A stretch of DNA of 64,000 nucleotides from Pseudomonadota bacterium (GTDB lineage: Bacteria > Bdellovibrionota_C > UBA2361 > OMII01): the NCBI GenBank assembly GCA_038134595.1, contig JAYPVM010000003.1:42131-106130 (forward strand). Reading direction: 5' to 3'. Numbering within the stretch: the first letter of the stretch is position 1; each line of letters opens with the position of its first letter. Made by a program: the position numbers and the translations under genes. Positions 1 to 10,155 of this stretch are shown piece by piece. Under the pieces are notes generated by a model that was not told the origin of the DNA, ran no database searches, and saw nothing but the letters and a program-made list of their open reading frames with translations.

Positions 1-67
<67 letters not shown>

Positions 68-319
68 TGGTTTTCAATACTTACCCCTTTTGGAATCTCC
101 AAGGAAGAGGTTTTTGTGTATCGAGGAGCAATTACTACCGAAAAATGCTGCGGAAGTAAAGACTGAGACATCTATTTGTTGTAATTAGGGTATTTAGAGC
201 AACTTTAATGCGCCAATTGACAGGAGATGGTACATTCTGGGAGCAGAGAGTGATGTTTAGTTGAGGCTCAAACGATTTGACTGTATTGGGCTCAAAGAGT
301 TGTGTGATGGAGCTGTCTT

Positions 320-3031
320 GTGAGCGATAACGATTCAAAGGTTTATAATCCCGATGCCATTGAGGCAAAGTGGCAGGCGTATTGGGAAGCCGCGAAAACA
401 TTTAAGACCAAAGAAAGTGGTGCTCCCACCTGTTATGTATTGGATATGTTTCCGTACCCTTCGGGCTCGGGGCTTCATATTGGTCATCCTCTAGGATATA
501 CGGCCACGGATATCTATTCTCGTTTTAAAAGAATGAAGGGCTTTGATGTTCTACACCCTATGGGCTACGACGCCTTTGGGCTCCCGGCAGAGCAACATGC
601 GGTAAATACTGGGGAGCATCCTGCCATTATTACAGAGCTAAATTGCAAGAACTTCACGGCGCAGATGAAGAGAATCGGATTCTCATATGATTGGGACCGA
701 GAGATAGCGACGTGCAATCCAGAGTACTACAAATGGACTCAGTGGATATTTACTAGACTTTACAATTCGTGGTTCGACAGAGAAAGTGAAAAGGCTCGCC
801 CCATAGATGAGCTGCCGATTCCGGCCTCTGTAGTTCAGCAGGGTGCTATCGCTCTTGAAGAATATAAAGCCGCGCATCGGTTGGCATACTATGCGGATGC
901 GATGGTGAACTGGTGTCCTGCTTTAGGAACTGTTCTCGCCAACGAAGAGGTTATCAATGGCCGCTCCGAGAGGGGAGACCACGAGGTGATTCGAAAGCCG
1001 ATGAAGCAGTGGATGTTGCGGATTACCGAATACTCTGAGCGATTGTTGTCCGAGTTAGAGGAGATAGATTGGCCGGAGGCTATCAAGGAGCAACAACGAA
1101 ACTGGATTGGTAAGAGAACTGGCACTGAGATTACCTTTTCGGTCGCTGGACAAGATGAGCAGATCGTTGCTTTTACAACACGGCCAGATACGTTGTTTGG
1201 TGTGACGTTTTTCGTAGTTGCCCCTGAGCATCCATTGGTGGATGCGATAACAACTGATGATGCCAGATCTGCAGTGACAGAGTATTGCGAGAACGCGGCC
1301 CGAATGAGCGATTTCGATCGAACGTTTGAAAGTAGAAAAAAGACAGGCGTGTTTACTGGAGGATTTGTCGTCAATCCTATAAACGGCGAACAGGTTCCGG
1401 TGTACGTGGGTGACTATGTTTTGATTTCATACGGAACAGGCGCTGTGATGGGAGTGCCTTCGCACGATGAGAGAGATTTTGAATTTGCTAGGCAACTTGG
1501 TGTCGGAGTACGGCCGGTTATTAGCCCTCAAAAGGCCTCTGATGAGGTTTTATCGGCAGTAAGAGCGGGTAGTGTTTCGTGGACAGACCCTGGGGTGATG
1601 TTGCCGTGTGATAGTACAGTCAGTCAGGAATTGAAGTTAGAGGGAATAGCAAATGATGAAGCTGGTACTCGAATTACCGACTGGCTCATCGGCCAAAACT
1701 GTGGAAGACGAGTTGTAAATTACAAATTACGAGACTGGTTGTTTTCAAGGCAACGTTACTGGGGAGAGCCGATCCCGGTAGTGCATTGGGAGGATGGAAC
1801 CACTACAGCTCTCCGAGATGAAGAATTGCCGCTAGTGTTGCCAGAGGTTGAAGATTACAAACCTTCAGATGGGGGTGAATCTCCTTTAGCTAAGGCAGGT
1901 GCGTGGCTTGATGTGATTGACCCCGCTACCGGACGAAAGGGGAGACGAGAGACCAATACGATGCCACAATGGGCTGGTTCGTGTTGGTACTATCTTCGAT
2001 TTATCGACCCTCATAACGATACTGTTGGATGGAATGCCGAGAAAGAATCTCGGTGGATGCCTGTAGATCTTTACGTAGGTGGTGCTGAACATGCTGTGTT
2101 GCACCTATTGTATGCGCGTTTCTGGCATAAGGTGCTCTATGACCTCGGGCATGTTTCGACAAAGGAGCCGTTTCAAAAGCTGTACAATCAGGGAATGATC
2201 CAATCCTTTGCCTACAAGGATGGACGAGGGGCTACCGTTGCTGTTGATCTCGTTACCGAGGGAGATGATGGAGTTCCAGTTCATAAACAAACTGGAGAAA
2301 AGCTTGAGCGTATCGTTGCGAAAATGTCTAAGTCACTTAAAAACGTCATCAATCCAGATGATGTAATAGCTGAGTATGGAGCCGATACCTTAAGAACGTA
2401 TCTCATGTTCATGGGACCCCTTGATGCCGCACGGCCGTGGGACTCAAAGGCAATTAGTGGAAGTATTCGGTTTCTTCGCAGGGCGTACAGTTATGTGACA
2501 GGGGCTAAAGACTCAGGATGCCGGAATGTAGTTGCTTTTGTGGATGAGCCTAAAGAGGTTACTGCTGCAATTCATAAGGCAATTAAGAAGATCGGGGAAG
2601 ATATCGATAACCTGCATTTCAATACGCCGATATCAACGATGATGGAGCTTCTCAACACTCTGGGTGATAAGCCTGTGTCTAAAGAATCTCTTGAAGCGTT
2701 TGTTTTAATCTTAAGTCCGTTCGCTCCGCACCTTGCAGAGGAGCTCTGGGAACGGCTTGGCCATGGACCTTCTGTTGGGCTACAACCGTGGCCAGAGTAT
2801 AATCCGGATGTAGTGGTGGATGATATCGTCACAGTTGTAATTCAGATAACTGGTAAGAAACGGGAGACTATAGATGTTGCTCCGTCGATAGGAGATGAAG
2901 AGTTGAAGCAACAGGTCGTCTCGGTGATGAGCGGTACTAACTATCCCGTGAAGCCATCTGATCGTTTTATCATTGTCAGAAAACCGGGCAGTACGGCGCC
3001 TCGTCTTGTAAACGTTATCCCTCAGAAGTAG
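320..3031 (+). CDS. leuS: leucine--tRNA ligase
   Basis: MFPYPSG..LHIGH and KMSKS class I motifs, FTTRPDT and GTGAVMGVP editing-domain motifs, 903 aa. Confidence 0.98.
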   Translation: MSDNDSKVYNPDAIEAKWQAYWEAAKTFKTKESGAPTCYVLDMFPYPSGSGLHIGHPLGYTATDIYSRFKRMKGFDVLHPMGYDAFGLPAEQHAVNTGEHPAIITELNCKNFTAQMKRIGFSYDWDREIATCNPEYYKWTQWIFTRLYNSWFDRESEKARPIDELPIPASVVQQGAIALEEYKAAHRLAYYADAMVNWCPALGTVLANEEVINGRSERGDHEVIRKPMKQWMLRITEYSERLLSELEEIDWPEAIKEQQRNWIGKRTGTEITFSVAGQDEQIVAFTTRPDTLFGVTFFVVAPEHPLVDAITTDDARSAVTEYCENAARMSDFDRTFESRKKTGVFTGGFVVNPINGEQVPVYVGDYVLISYGTGAVMGVPSHDERDFEFARQLGVGVRPVISPQKASDEVLSAVRAGSVSWTDPGVMLPCDSTVSQELKLEGIANDEAGTRITDWLIGQNCGRRVVNYKLRDWLFSRQRYWGEPIPVVHWEDGTTTALRDEELPLVLPEVEDYKPSDGGESPLAKAGAWLDVIDPATGRKGRRETNTMPQWAGSCWYYLRFIDPHNDTVGWNAEKESRWMPVDLYVGGAEHAVLHLLYARFWHKVLYDLGHVSTKEPFQKLYNQGMIQSFAYKDGRGATVAVDLVTEGDDGVPVHKQTGEKLERIVAKMSKSLKNVINPDDVIAEYGADTLRTYLMFMGPLDAARPWDSKAISGSIRFLRRAYSYVTGAKDSGCRNVVAFVDEPKEVTAAIHKAIKKIGEDIDNLHFNTPISTMMELLNTLGDKPVSKESLEAFVLILSPFAPHLAEELWERLGHGPSVGLQPWPEYNPDVVVDDIVTVVIQITGKKRETIDVAPSIGDEELKQQVVSVMSGTNYPVKPSDRFIIVRKPGSTAPRLVNVIPQK

Positions 3032-3626
3032 GAGGATGCTCTCCAAAAAGCTGGAGGGATAGTGGTTTAATCGCCTCAATGCAGTTTGCGATGTGGTCTT
3101 TTAGATCTATCTGAAGTTCCTCGGCACCGAGTCGGATGTCGTCCCGGTTACATCCCCGAGCAAAAGCCTTGTCCTTTAGTTTTTTCACAACTGATTTTAC
3201 CTGCAGGTTGTGGATAGATTTGTCGGGACGAACAAGAACGCTTGCTGTAATTAGCCCCGACAGTTCATCTACTGCGAAAAGAGTTTTTGCCATCAATGTA
3301 TCGCGAGGAACCCCAGAATAGGTAGCGTGTCCCATGATGGCCCGCGTCATTGATTCGGGATAACCGAGCTCCGTTAGAATTATCTGTCCCTTGAAGGGGT
3401 GGCCATTGGGCTCAACGGGTTCAGGATACCGCTCGTAATCAAAGTCGTGGAGGAGCCCTGTTAGGCCATATAACTCAATATCAACTGCCGTATCGTTTGC
3501 TGCAAAATGTTTGGCGTACCACAACATGCATGCCTCTACAGTCAGGGCATGATTAATGAGACTAGTTGACTTTGTATACTCATGGAGCAAGGACAGGGCA
3601 ATGTCTCGACAGATTTTTTCGGACAT
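3015..3626 (-). CDS. HD/HDIG-family metal-dependent phosphohydrolase
   Basis: H..GLLHDFD..H..H..DELSG pattern, KDKAFARG C-terminal motif. Confidence 0.85.
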   Translation of the reverse strand: MSEKICRDIALSLLHEYTKSTSLINHALTVEACMLWYAKHFAANDTAVDIELYGLTGLLHDFDYERYPEPVEPNGHPFKGQIILTELGYPESMTRAIMGHATYSGVPRDTLMAKTLFAVDELSGLITASVLVRPDKSIHNLQVKSVVKKLKDKAFARGCNRDDIRLGAEELQIDLKDHIANCIEAIKPLSLQLFGEHPPTSEG

Positions 3627-3630
3627 ACTT

Positions 3631-4143
3631 TTAAAGCCTGGAGGGAGATACTCTGCTCGTTGCTGGAAGTGAGTCAGAAACTTCCAGGAGTTTTAGGAGA
3701 TTTAGAAGCTGAATTGATTGCTTGACGGACTTCATGGCAACAGTGGTTTCAAACAATTTTCCACTGTCGTTTATCTTAATAAAAACAGAAAGCCCTGAGC
3801 CGGCTCCCTGTTTCATATGGAACACGTCTGATTCATGGATTAACTCTAACACTCGAAGCAGCATCGCCTGATCGGTAACATACTCGTTGGGATGCCTCGG
3901 GATTGTCCATGATGCTACCGGTTTGTTTTGTTCTGTTGATTGAACCTTGATTGCTACCGAGATGGAAGTGCTGTCTGAGCTTCCAGAACGCATCTTAGGA
4001 ATGACTTGTTGATACCATGTATTAAAAGCTGCTTCTTGAATCTTTTCCACGGGAGGTTGCGCGCTATTGAAAGCAACAAGTGCGATCGCCGTTACGAGGA
4101 TAATACACAGAAACTGAGGTTTTATTGGTAAGGTCATTTTCAT
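3631..4143 (-). CDS. hypothetical exported/membrane-anchored protein
   Basis: 170-aa ORF with hydrophobic N-terminus, 4 bp upstream of the HD gene on the same strand. Confidence 0.65.
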   Translation of the reverse strand: MKMTLPIKPQFLCIILVTAIALVAFNSAQPPVEKIQEAAFNTWYQQVIPKMRSGSSDSTSISVAIKVQSTEQNKPVASWTIPRHPNEYVTDQAMLLRVLELIHESDVFHMKQGAGSGLSVFIKINDSGKLFETTVAMKSVKQSIQLLNLLKLLEVSDSLPATSRVSPSRL

Positions 4144-4243
4144 CGTGGTTTAGGATAATGCCACTCTAAAACTTGGTCAAATGGGGAGCAAGACTTGTTT
4201 GGCTGATGAACGCAAATACCTAAATGTATTGAATGTTATGGTG

Positions 4244-5641
4244 CTACTGTTTTGAGCCTAGGAGGCGTTTGGCAGTTGCAAGAAGTGTTCTTCGGGTGTT
4301 TTTTCTTGGAGTATCTAATACTAACTCTTCGAGTTGCTTGAGAATAGCGCCCACCTGTGGACCCTCAGGAACGCCAAGTTTAAGGAGGTCGTCGCCACTG
4401 ATAGCGAGTGTGCCGTAGGAGGGATTCTTGGAGCGGGACACTTCGGTCGCTACCATTGTATCGAATGAGGCGGCATCTTTGCTAAATTCCTCTTGAGGAA
4501 TTGTTGGAGAGGCATCGGCCTCTTTAAATGTTCGCCACAGTGAGTATTCGGCGCCCAGATCTCGTAAGATCCTTCGCACTCCGGCAGGACCACATTGAAA
4601 TGGTCTCATATGATGTCGAACAATAGTGCCTATTTTGCGAGTTTCCTCGGAGGAGAAACGGAGGTGGCGCATACGTGCAGTACTTTGTGAGTGGCTTACA
4701 ACTTCATGCGAATAGAAGTGTCTCTCGCCGTTTTCATCTACCGAGAGCGTATGTGGTTTGCCGATGTCATGAAAAATGGCAGCCCACCTGAGGATCGGAT
4801 CAGGCGGAGTTCTGTCGAGAACAGACATTGTATGCTCAAATACGTCGTGAACATGATATCGATTTTGCTCGAATCCCACAGCCGGAATAAGCTCTGGGAT
4901 CGTAAACGGGAGGCCTCCAATAGCTTCAAGCCTTCTGATGCAGTTAGCTGGAAAGGGAGTTAGGATAATATGCTGAAGCTCATTTTTAATTCGCTCTACG
5001 CTTATTGAAGAAAGCTTCTCTATACAATCTTGAGCGGCCTTTAGAGTGTTGTCATCGATAGTGCGATTGTAACCGTCGCCAAACCGAATCATTCGCAAGA
5101 TGCGAAGAGGGTCTTCGGAAAATCGCGCCGTTGGATCTTCAACAGCCCGAAGGATGCCGTTTAGAAGATCGGAAATACCGTTGAATGGATCGACCAGTAG
5201 TTGATCGGTCATTGAATATGCAAGGGCATTAATAGTGAAGTCTCTACCACTGAGATCAGTAACGATTGAATCTGCAGTGTCGTGTTCGTCTCGGTTCGAG
5301 GGTTTACGAAATGTTGTTATTTCAATGTGTGTTTTGTCGCTTACAACGAGCACGGTGCCGTGCGTGATACCGGTGTCGATGACACGCATATTGGCAGTAG
5401 TGCATGCCTTGCGCACTTCCTGAGGGGATAGATTTGTTGCAAGATCGATATCGGTAGAAGAAGCATTGTAAAATGCATCACGGACAGAGCCTCCGACAAT
5501 AAATAACTGCGCTGAGGGTAGCGCTGCCTTGATGTTTTGTAGGGCAGGGGTGTTAATTAGACCACGGAGATACGAAGTCGCTTGTTCACGATTTCTTTCT
5601 GGTTTGCAGGAATATGAACCAAGGTGAGGGGATTTTTCCAT
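4244..5641 (-). CDS. cca: CCA tRNA nucleotidyltransferase / poly(A) polymerase family protein with HD domain
   Basis: VGGSVRD, DIDLAT, GRDFTINA, EDPLRILR motifs and HDIGK HD domain. Confidence 0.88.
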   Translation of the reverse strand: MEKSPHLGSYSCKPERNREQATSYLRGLINTPALQNIKAALPSAQLFIVGGSVRDAFYNASSTDIDLATNLSPQEVRKACTTANMRVIDTGITHGTVLVVSDKTHIEITTFRKPSNRDEHDTADSIVTDLSGRDFTINALAYSMTDQLLVDPFNGISDLLNGILRAVEDPTARFSEDPLRILRMIRFGDGYNRTIDDNTLKAAQDCIEKLSSISVERIKNELQHIILTPFPANCIRRLEAIGGLPFTIPELIPAVGFEQNRYHVHDVFEHTMSVLDRTPPDPILRWAAIFHDIGKPHTLSVDENGERHFYSHEVVSHSQSTARMRHLRFSSEETRKIGTIVRHHMRPFQCGPAGVRRILRDLGAEYSLWRTFKEADASPTIPQEEFSKDAASFDTMVATEVSRSKNPSYGTLAISGDDLLKLGVPEGPQVGAILKQLEELVLDTPRKNTRRTLLATAKRLLGSKQ

Positions 5642-6098
5642 GAAGTTTCATATGTATAACTGGAAGCCACTCCGGTTTTTTTGGAACACACCGTAGCTTC
5701 ATCCGAGCTTCTTTCGGAGTTAGACCACCTTTTTTTCGGTTGCATGGTCCACAGCAACACACGATATTCTCCCACGTTGTTTCTCCGTTTCTACTCCGAG
5801 GAAGAATGTGATCGAGTGTAGCCTCTCTTGCACTAAGCTCATCACCACAGTACTGGCACTGAAAATTGTCTCTGGCCAGGATATTACTCCGACTAAGCGG
5901 TGGTGAGCGACGACCCACTTTAAAAAATTTCAATAATCGTACCACACTTGGGGCTTTGATAGCCATTGATACGGATCGAATGTGGTGATCGTATTCCTCT
6001 ATGACCTCAACCTTGCCGAGAAAAAACATCCCGATGGCGTTTTGCCACGAAATAACTCGCAAGGGTTCATAGCTAGCGTTGAGGAGTAGAACTGGTTG
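5586..6098 (-). CDS. HNH endonuclease (McrA-like)
   Basis: VLLLNASYEPL N-terminus, RDNFQCQYCG, TLDHILPRSRNG..WENIVCCCGPCNRKK; start set at MQPVLL. Confidence 0.92.
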   Translation of the reverse strand, partial: QPVLLLNASYEPLRVISWQNAIGMFFLGKVEVIEEYDHHIRSVSMAIKAPSVVRLLKFFKVGRRSPPLSRSNILARDNFQCQYCGDELSAREATLDHILPRSRNGETTWENIVCCCGPCNRKKGGLTPKEARMKLRCVPKKPEWLPVIHMKLHGKIPSPWFIFLQTRKKS

Positions 6099-6333
6099 CA
6101 TACCTTTATGATGCCCCAAAACGTACGATTGCCTACATTTTGCTCCTTATTTAAGTATCGCTGGCGACGCTGGAGAGTGCAACGGTTTAAAAATCAGAGG
6201 TAATATCAGTAGTTTGAGTCTTGTGCCCATTTTGCTAACGGTTGCAAATGTATCTTGGGTTCCTTCGCAACTGATGTGGATTCACATTCGATACGAAAAA
6301 GCTGTGTGTTCTCATTAAATGTCGGTACTTAGC

Positions 6334-6362
6334 TTGACACATCGGCTCGTTACCATTATTTT
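6334..6362 (+). promoter_or_regulatory. sigma70-type promoter for the tRNA-Ile/tRNA-Ala pair
   Basis: TTGACA (6334-6339), 17 nt, TATTTT (6357-6362), ~20 nt before tRNA-Ile. Confidence 0.6.
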
Positions 6363-6381
6363 GCTGGCTCACATTCGGAAC

Positions 6382-6458
6382 GGGCCAGTAGCTCAGCTGG
6401 TTAGAGTACACGCCTGATAAGCGTGAGGTCGGTAGTTCGAGTCTACCCTGGCCCACCA
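6382..6458 (+). tRNA. tRNA-Ile(GAT)
   Basis: GGGCCAG/CTGGCCC acceptor stem, anticodon loop CT-GAT-AA, GTTCGAGT T-loop, encoded CCA. Confidence 0.97.
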
Positions 6459-6533
6459 GAGTACGACGGGAATACGTTGATGGCTTTGGCGGTTTTTCGG
6501 AATGTGTTCGGAGCGGTATGCTTCAAAAATCGT

Positions 6534-6609
6534 GGGCCTGTAGCTCAGTTGGTAGAGCATCAGCCTTGCAAGCTGGGGGTCCAGAGTTCGAATCTCTGCA
6601 GGTCCACCA
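6534..6609 (+). tRNA. tRNA-Ala(TGC)
   Basis: GGGCCTG/CAGGTCC acceptor stem with G3:U70 alanine determinant, anticodon loop CT-TGC-AA, encoded CCA. Confidence 0.97.
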
Positions 6610-6637
6610 CGATTTCTTCTTTTCCAGATTTTTTTCC

Positions 6638-6679
6638 CTCGGCACAGAATTTTTCTCACTCGGCACAGAGTTTTTCTTC
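6638..6679. repeat. two-copy 21-bp tandem repeat
   Basis: CTCGGCACAGAATTTTTCTCA followed by CTCGGCACAGAGTTTTTCTTC. Confidence 0.75.
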
Positions 6680-7014
6680 GGTTGGTAACTCCACTTGTCT
6701 TTTTCTTATCCTCAAATGCTCTGTGAGTGATGACACACGCCTGATGCCATGTGTTGGAGGAAGCGGTTATGGTCGTCTCACAGTACAGGTGGCATTCTCT
6801 GCCGATATTCTTTATCAGGATAGTTTTTCGCTCTAGATCCTTCGCTGTGAGCTGTGTAGCCAGTGCGCCACCAGGTTGTTTATGGGTAGATGGATAATCT
6901 GTTAGACTATCAACCAGCTATTAGATAATCGGAGCAACGCTCCCGGGCTGCGGGAGGTGATGTGATTTGCTACCGTTGCTATTGATAGGTTAATAGGCTG
7001 AGGTAAGATGTCCG

Positions 7015-8139
7015 TTATACGTTAAATCGAAAGTGGACGATATCGCCATCTTCCATAATGTACTCTTTGCCCTCTGTCCGCATTTTGCCAGCCTCTTTTG
7101 CTTTGACTTCACTTCCAGCCGCAACATAATCTTCGTAAGCGATGACCTCGGCTCTGATAAAGCCACGCTCAAAGTCTGAGTGGATTTTCCCTGCACATTG
7201 AGGTGCAGAGCTTCCCCGTTTAGCGGTCCATGCGTGACATTCCTTTGGTCCTACGGTAAAAAACGTGATGAGGTCGAGCAGTTTGTGCCCCGCCACCGTC
7301 AATCTATCGAGACCTGAAGTTTCAACCCCTAGAGATTGTAGAAATTCTTTTCGCTCCTCAGAGTTGAGTTCGGCTATCTCCGCTTCGACTTGCCCCGAAA
7401 TCGTCACGAGCGGGGAGCCAAGCTCTGCAGCGTATGTAGCCAATGAATCCACAGGAGATGGCCCACCCACTACTGGCTCGTGTAAAATATCGTCCTCTGG
7501 AACGTTTGCAACAAATAAGACGGGCTTGGATGAGAGTAGATTCTGAGTTACCTCTTCAAAGTCTTCCTCTGAACCCGACCATGAGGTTGCTTCTTTGAAT
7601 GTTCGAGCCGGTTTCCCCGCATTAAGCCACTCTTCAAGAGGCGTGATGATTGTCACCAAAGATTTGGCTCGCTTGTCATTAGCTTTGATAAGCTTTTCGA
7701 GTTTCTGGCGTTGTTTTTGAATTGCATCTAAATCTGCGAGAATGAGCTCGGTATCAATTGTCTCAACATCGCGCCTTGGATTAACTGATCCGTCTACGTG
7801 AACGATATTCTCATCGTCAAAACATCGAACCACGTGGGCAATGGCATCAACACTTCGAATGTGTCCTAGAAATTGATTTCCTAAGCCTTCCCCTTTTGAG
7901 GCGCCTCGAATAAGTCCTGCTATATCGACGAACGTAATCTGGGTAGGAATAGTTTTTGCTGATTTTGCGATTGAAGCCAATGTTTCAATTCTGGGGTCCG
8001 GAACCGGCACAGCGCCTGTATTTGGCTCGATCGTACAGAAGGGAAAGTTGGCCGCTGCTGCTTTGGCTGATGTTAATGCATTAAAAATAGTTGATTTGCC
8101 TACATTGGGTAGCCCAACGATGCCGCATGTAAAACCCAT
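7015..8139 (-). CDS. ychF: ribosome-binding ATPase YchF
   Basis: GIVGLPNVGKST, FPFCTIEPN, DIAGL, GLGNQFL and C-terminal DGDIVHFRFNV. Confidence 0.98.
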   Translation of the reverse strand: MGFTCGIVGLPNVGKSTIFNALTSAKAAAANFPFCTIEPNTGAVPVPDPRIETLASIAKSAKTIPTQITFVDIAGLIRGASKGEGLGNQFLGHIRSVDAIAHVVRCFDDENIVHVDGSVNPRRDVETIDTELILADLDAIQKQRQKLEKLIKANDKRAKSLVTIITPLEEWLNAGKPARTFKEATSWSGSEEDFEEVTQNLLSSKPVLFVANVPEDDILHEPVVGGPSPVDSLATYAAELGSPLVTISGQVEAEIAELNSEERKEFLQSLGVETSGLDRLTVAGHKLLDLITFFTVGPKECHAWTAKRGSSAPQCAGKIHSDFERGFIRAEVIAYEDYVAAGSEVKAKEAGKMRTEGKEYIMEDGDIVHFRFNV

Positions 8140-8421
8140 ATAGTGTTCCTTTTCTTCCTTTTGATAGGGGTATTTTTGGATAATCTGTTCGGGGAAGATA
8201 CTACTTGTAATATGTTCGGATGTCTAACCCTCGGAGCTGAGAGAGTAGGGGCGCTTGGAGCAGGAGAGATTTAAAAGAGGAGGGGGTAATAGCTTTGTTT
8301 CAGGGTAACCGATAACTAATTGGTTTTACACTTTATATGTTCCTGGTACTATCCGCCCTAGTTTCTTAAGTGTTGTAATCTGTTAGTCGAGTTAATTGCT
8401 GTAAAAAATAGTGAGTGGACT

Positions 8422-9186
8422 ATGCGAATTGATGTAAGACTTTTTTTTCTGTTGTGTGCTTTTTCGGTTTCGCTGGGCTGTGGTGGGGGCGGTGACAGCA
8501 AGCCCGACCCGTGTACCGCGCTACGAATTGCCGGAGGTAATGAGTGTGAGGTTCGTCCCCTCTCTGTTGCGGCAGTAATTAGCGATCTGGGTTATTGCTC
8601 CGGAGTGTTTGTTTCTACAAGACATGTGGTAACTGCCGCACACTGTATGCCACCGGCTGGAGCGAAGATGATTGTTGCCACGGCCGGGTACTCGGAGGAA
8701 ACGACCATACAACAAGTTCATCCACGCTACACTTCGTTTGGAATATCACCGTATGACATAGCAGTTGTCACAATTGCTAATGATGCTCCTGTCATTCCTG
8801 CGCCGCTTGTGGTGTCTAGAGCGATAGATGTTGGAGAAAAGGTTGTCGCGTACGGCTATGGACTCGACGAAAATGGGGATGGAATCGTTGAGCGGGTGGA
8901 AAATGGTGGAATGCCACTTAAGGCAACATATCTTGATGTAGAGAGTGTCAATGCTGAGTCAATCAGAACCATCAGCGATGGAGGAGGAGATACCTGCCAG
9001 GGAGACTCAGGGGGGCCGGTCGTCGCAAAGGGCCTAGATGATCGGTACGGCCTTGTTGCAGTTGTTCGTTCGGGCCCAAATACGTGTGAACCGGATGTAG
9101 GATTCGCAAGCGACAACACGAATATTCAAACTGATTCGGTGCGAGATTTTGTGCTCGGTGTCGTCGGTGACGTTGGACTAAATTAG
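8422..9186 (+). CDS. trypsin-like (S1) serine protease, predicted lipoprotein
   Basis: Lipobox SLGC, TAAHC, YDIAV and GDSGGP catalytic triad motifs. Confidence 0.92.
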   Translation: MRIDVRLFFLLCAFSVSLGCGGGGDSKPDPCTALRIAGGNECEVRPLSVAAVISDLGYCSGVFVSTRHVVTAAHCMPPAGAKMIVATAGYSEETTIQQVHPRYTSFGISPYDIAVVTIANDAPVIPAPLVVSRAIDVGEKVVAYGYGLDENGDGIVERVENGGMPLKATYLDVESVNAESIRTISDGGGDTCQGDSGGPVVAKGLDDRYGLVAVVRSGPNTCEPDVGFASDNTNIQTDSVRDFVLGVVGDVGLN

Positions 9187-9386
9187 GGAGCAGTCACCGT
9201 TTTTGTCTCAGGGGAAGAGGGCTCACGTGATGCGTTCTGCCGAGTAGCGTGTAGTGCAAAAATGAATGTTTTTTCAGACAAGCTTTGGTTTCTAGGAGAG
9301 TTGGGGGCTCTCAGATAGAGAGAGTGTGTGTGGGGGAAGGGTTCGCAGTCCAGTGTTTCCATTTCCACTGTTCCCTTCGCGATTTA

Positions 9387-9440
9387 CATGGAATGGCCCC
9401 ACCTGGACTTGAACCAGGGACCTACCGGTTATGAGCCGGC
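9387..9440 (-). repeat. att direct repeat: displaced 3' part of the CAT tRNA
   Basis: CATGGAATGGCCCCACCTGGACTTGAACCAGGGACCTACCGGTTATGAGCCGGC is identical to 16213-16266 (54 bp); D-arm and 5' acceptor strand are missing. Confidence 0.95.
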
Positions 9441-9624
9441 TCTGATGCAGTTTCTTTAGCTATAAATAACACTCGATAGCTCGTAAATCAAAGGGTTAGG
9501 GGGGTGGTTGTGCCAGCAGTAGCTATCAAAGCTTATTGAATGTTACTGGAAAGTGTGCTTTTGGTGTGGCATGTTGCATGAGTAGATTGGCTTTACTCTG
9601 AGTATTCTGAAGTAGTGGGATTAA

Positions 9625-10155
9625 GTGAAAATGACTTGTTTTTATCTCGTTAGACATGGAGAGGCCGATTATTCCCAACCTAGTAAATGGAAAACACTAG
9701 GTTGGGGGGCTGATCTTGCAACTTTATCCCCTAAGGGCATTCTACAGATCGAAGAGGCTGCTGTTAGCTTGAAAGAAAAGACTGCCTCAAAGATAGTTTC
9801 TTCTCCAGCTACTCGAGCTTTGCAATCGGCTACAATCATTCAAAGGGAGCTGGATCTACCGGTTTCGGTTGAATTTGATATTCATGAGTGGGTACCTGAT
9901 AGGACATTCTCTTGGTGTACGCACGAGGAGGTATCTGTGCTAATTAGAGAGCTACAAGAATTTGGAGGTGAATGGCCTAAGAATAGTGAGCGCGTGTGGG
10001 AGCAACTTTCTGCTGTTAAAGCTAGATCGACCACTGTCCTTAATAAATACCTAGACTGCGATAAAGTTATAGTAGTTTGCCACGAAATCGTAATTTGGTC
10101 ACTTACGGGAAGACAATTTACGAATCTAGGTGAGGTAGTTGAGCTAACTCTTTGA
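9625..10155 (+). CDS. histidine phosphatase (phosphoglycerate mutase family)
   Basis: LVRHGE, SSPATRALQSA, VVCHE motifs. Confidence 0.9.
   Translation: MKMTCFYLVRHGEADYSQPSKWKTLGWGADLATLSPKGILQIEEAAVSLKEKTASKIVSSPATRALQSATIIQRELDLPVSVEFDIHEWVPDRTFSWCTHEEVSVLIRELQEFGGEWPKNSERVWEQLSAVKARSTTVLNKYLDCDKVIVVCHEIVIWSLTGRQFTNLGEVVELTL

Noticed and set aside
5586..6098. HNH gene as a homing or mobile element
   Set aside because: No intron, terminal repeats or interrupted gene; it looks like the common stand-alone chromosomal HNH family
6235..6836. ORFs 6235-6456, 6393-6659 and 6423-6836
   Set aside because: They overlap the two tRNA genes and read like typical tRNA shadow translations
9387..9440. 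A second functional CAT tRNA
   Set aside because: Only the 3' part is present; the D-arm and 5' acceptor strand are absent, so it is an att remnant
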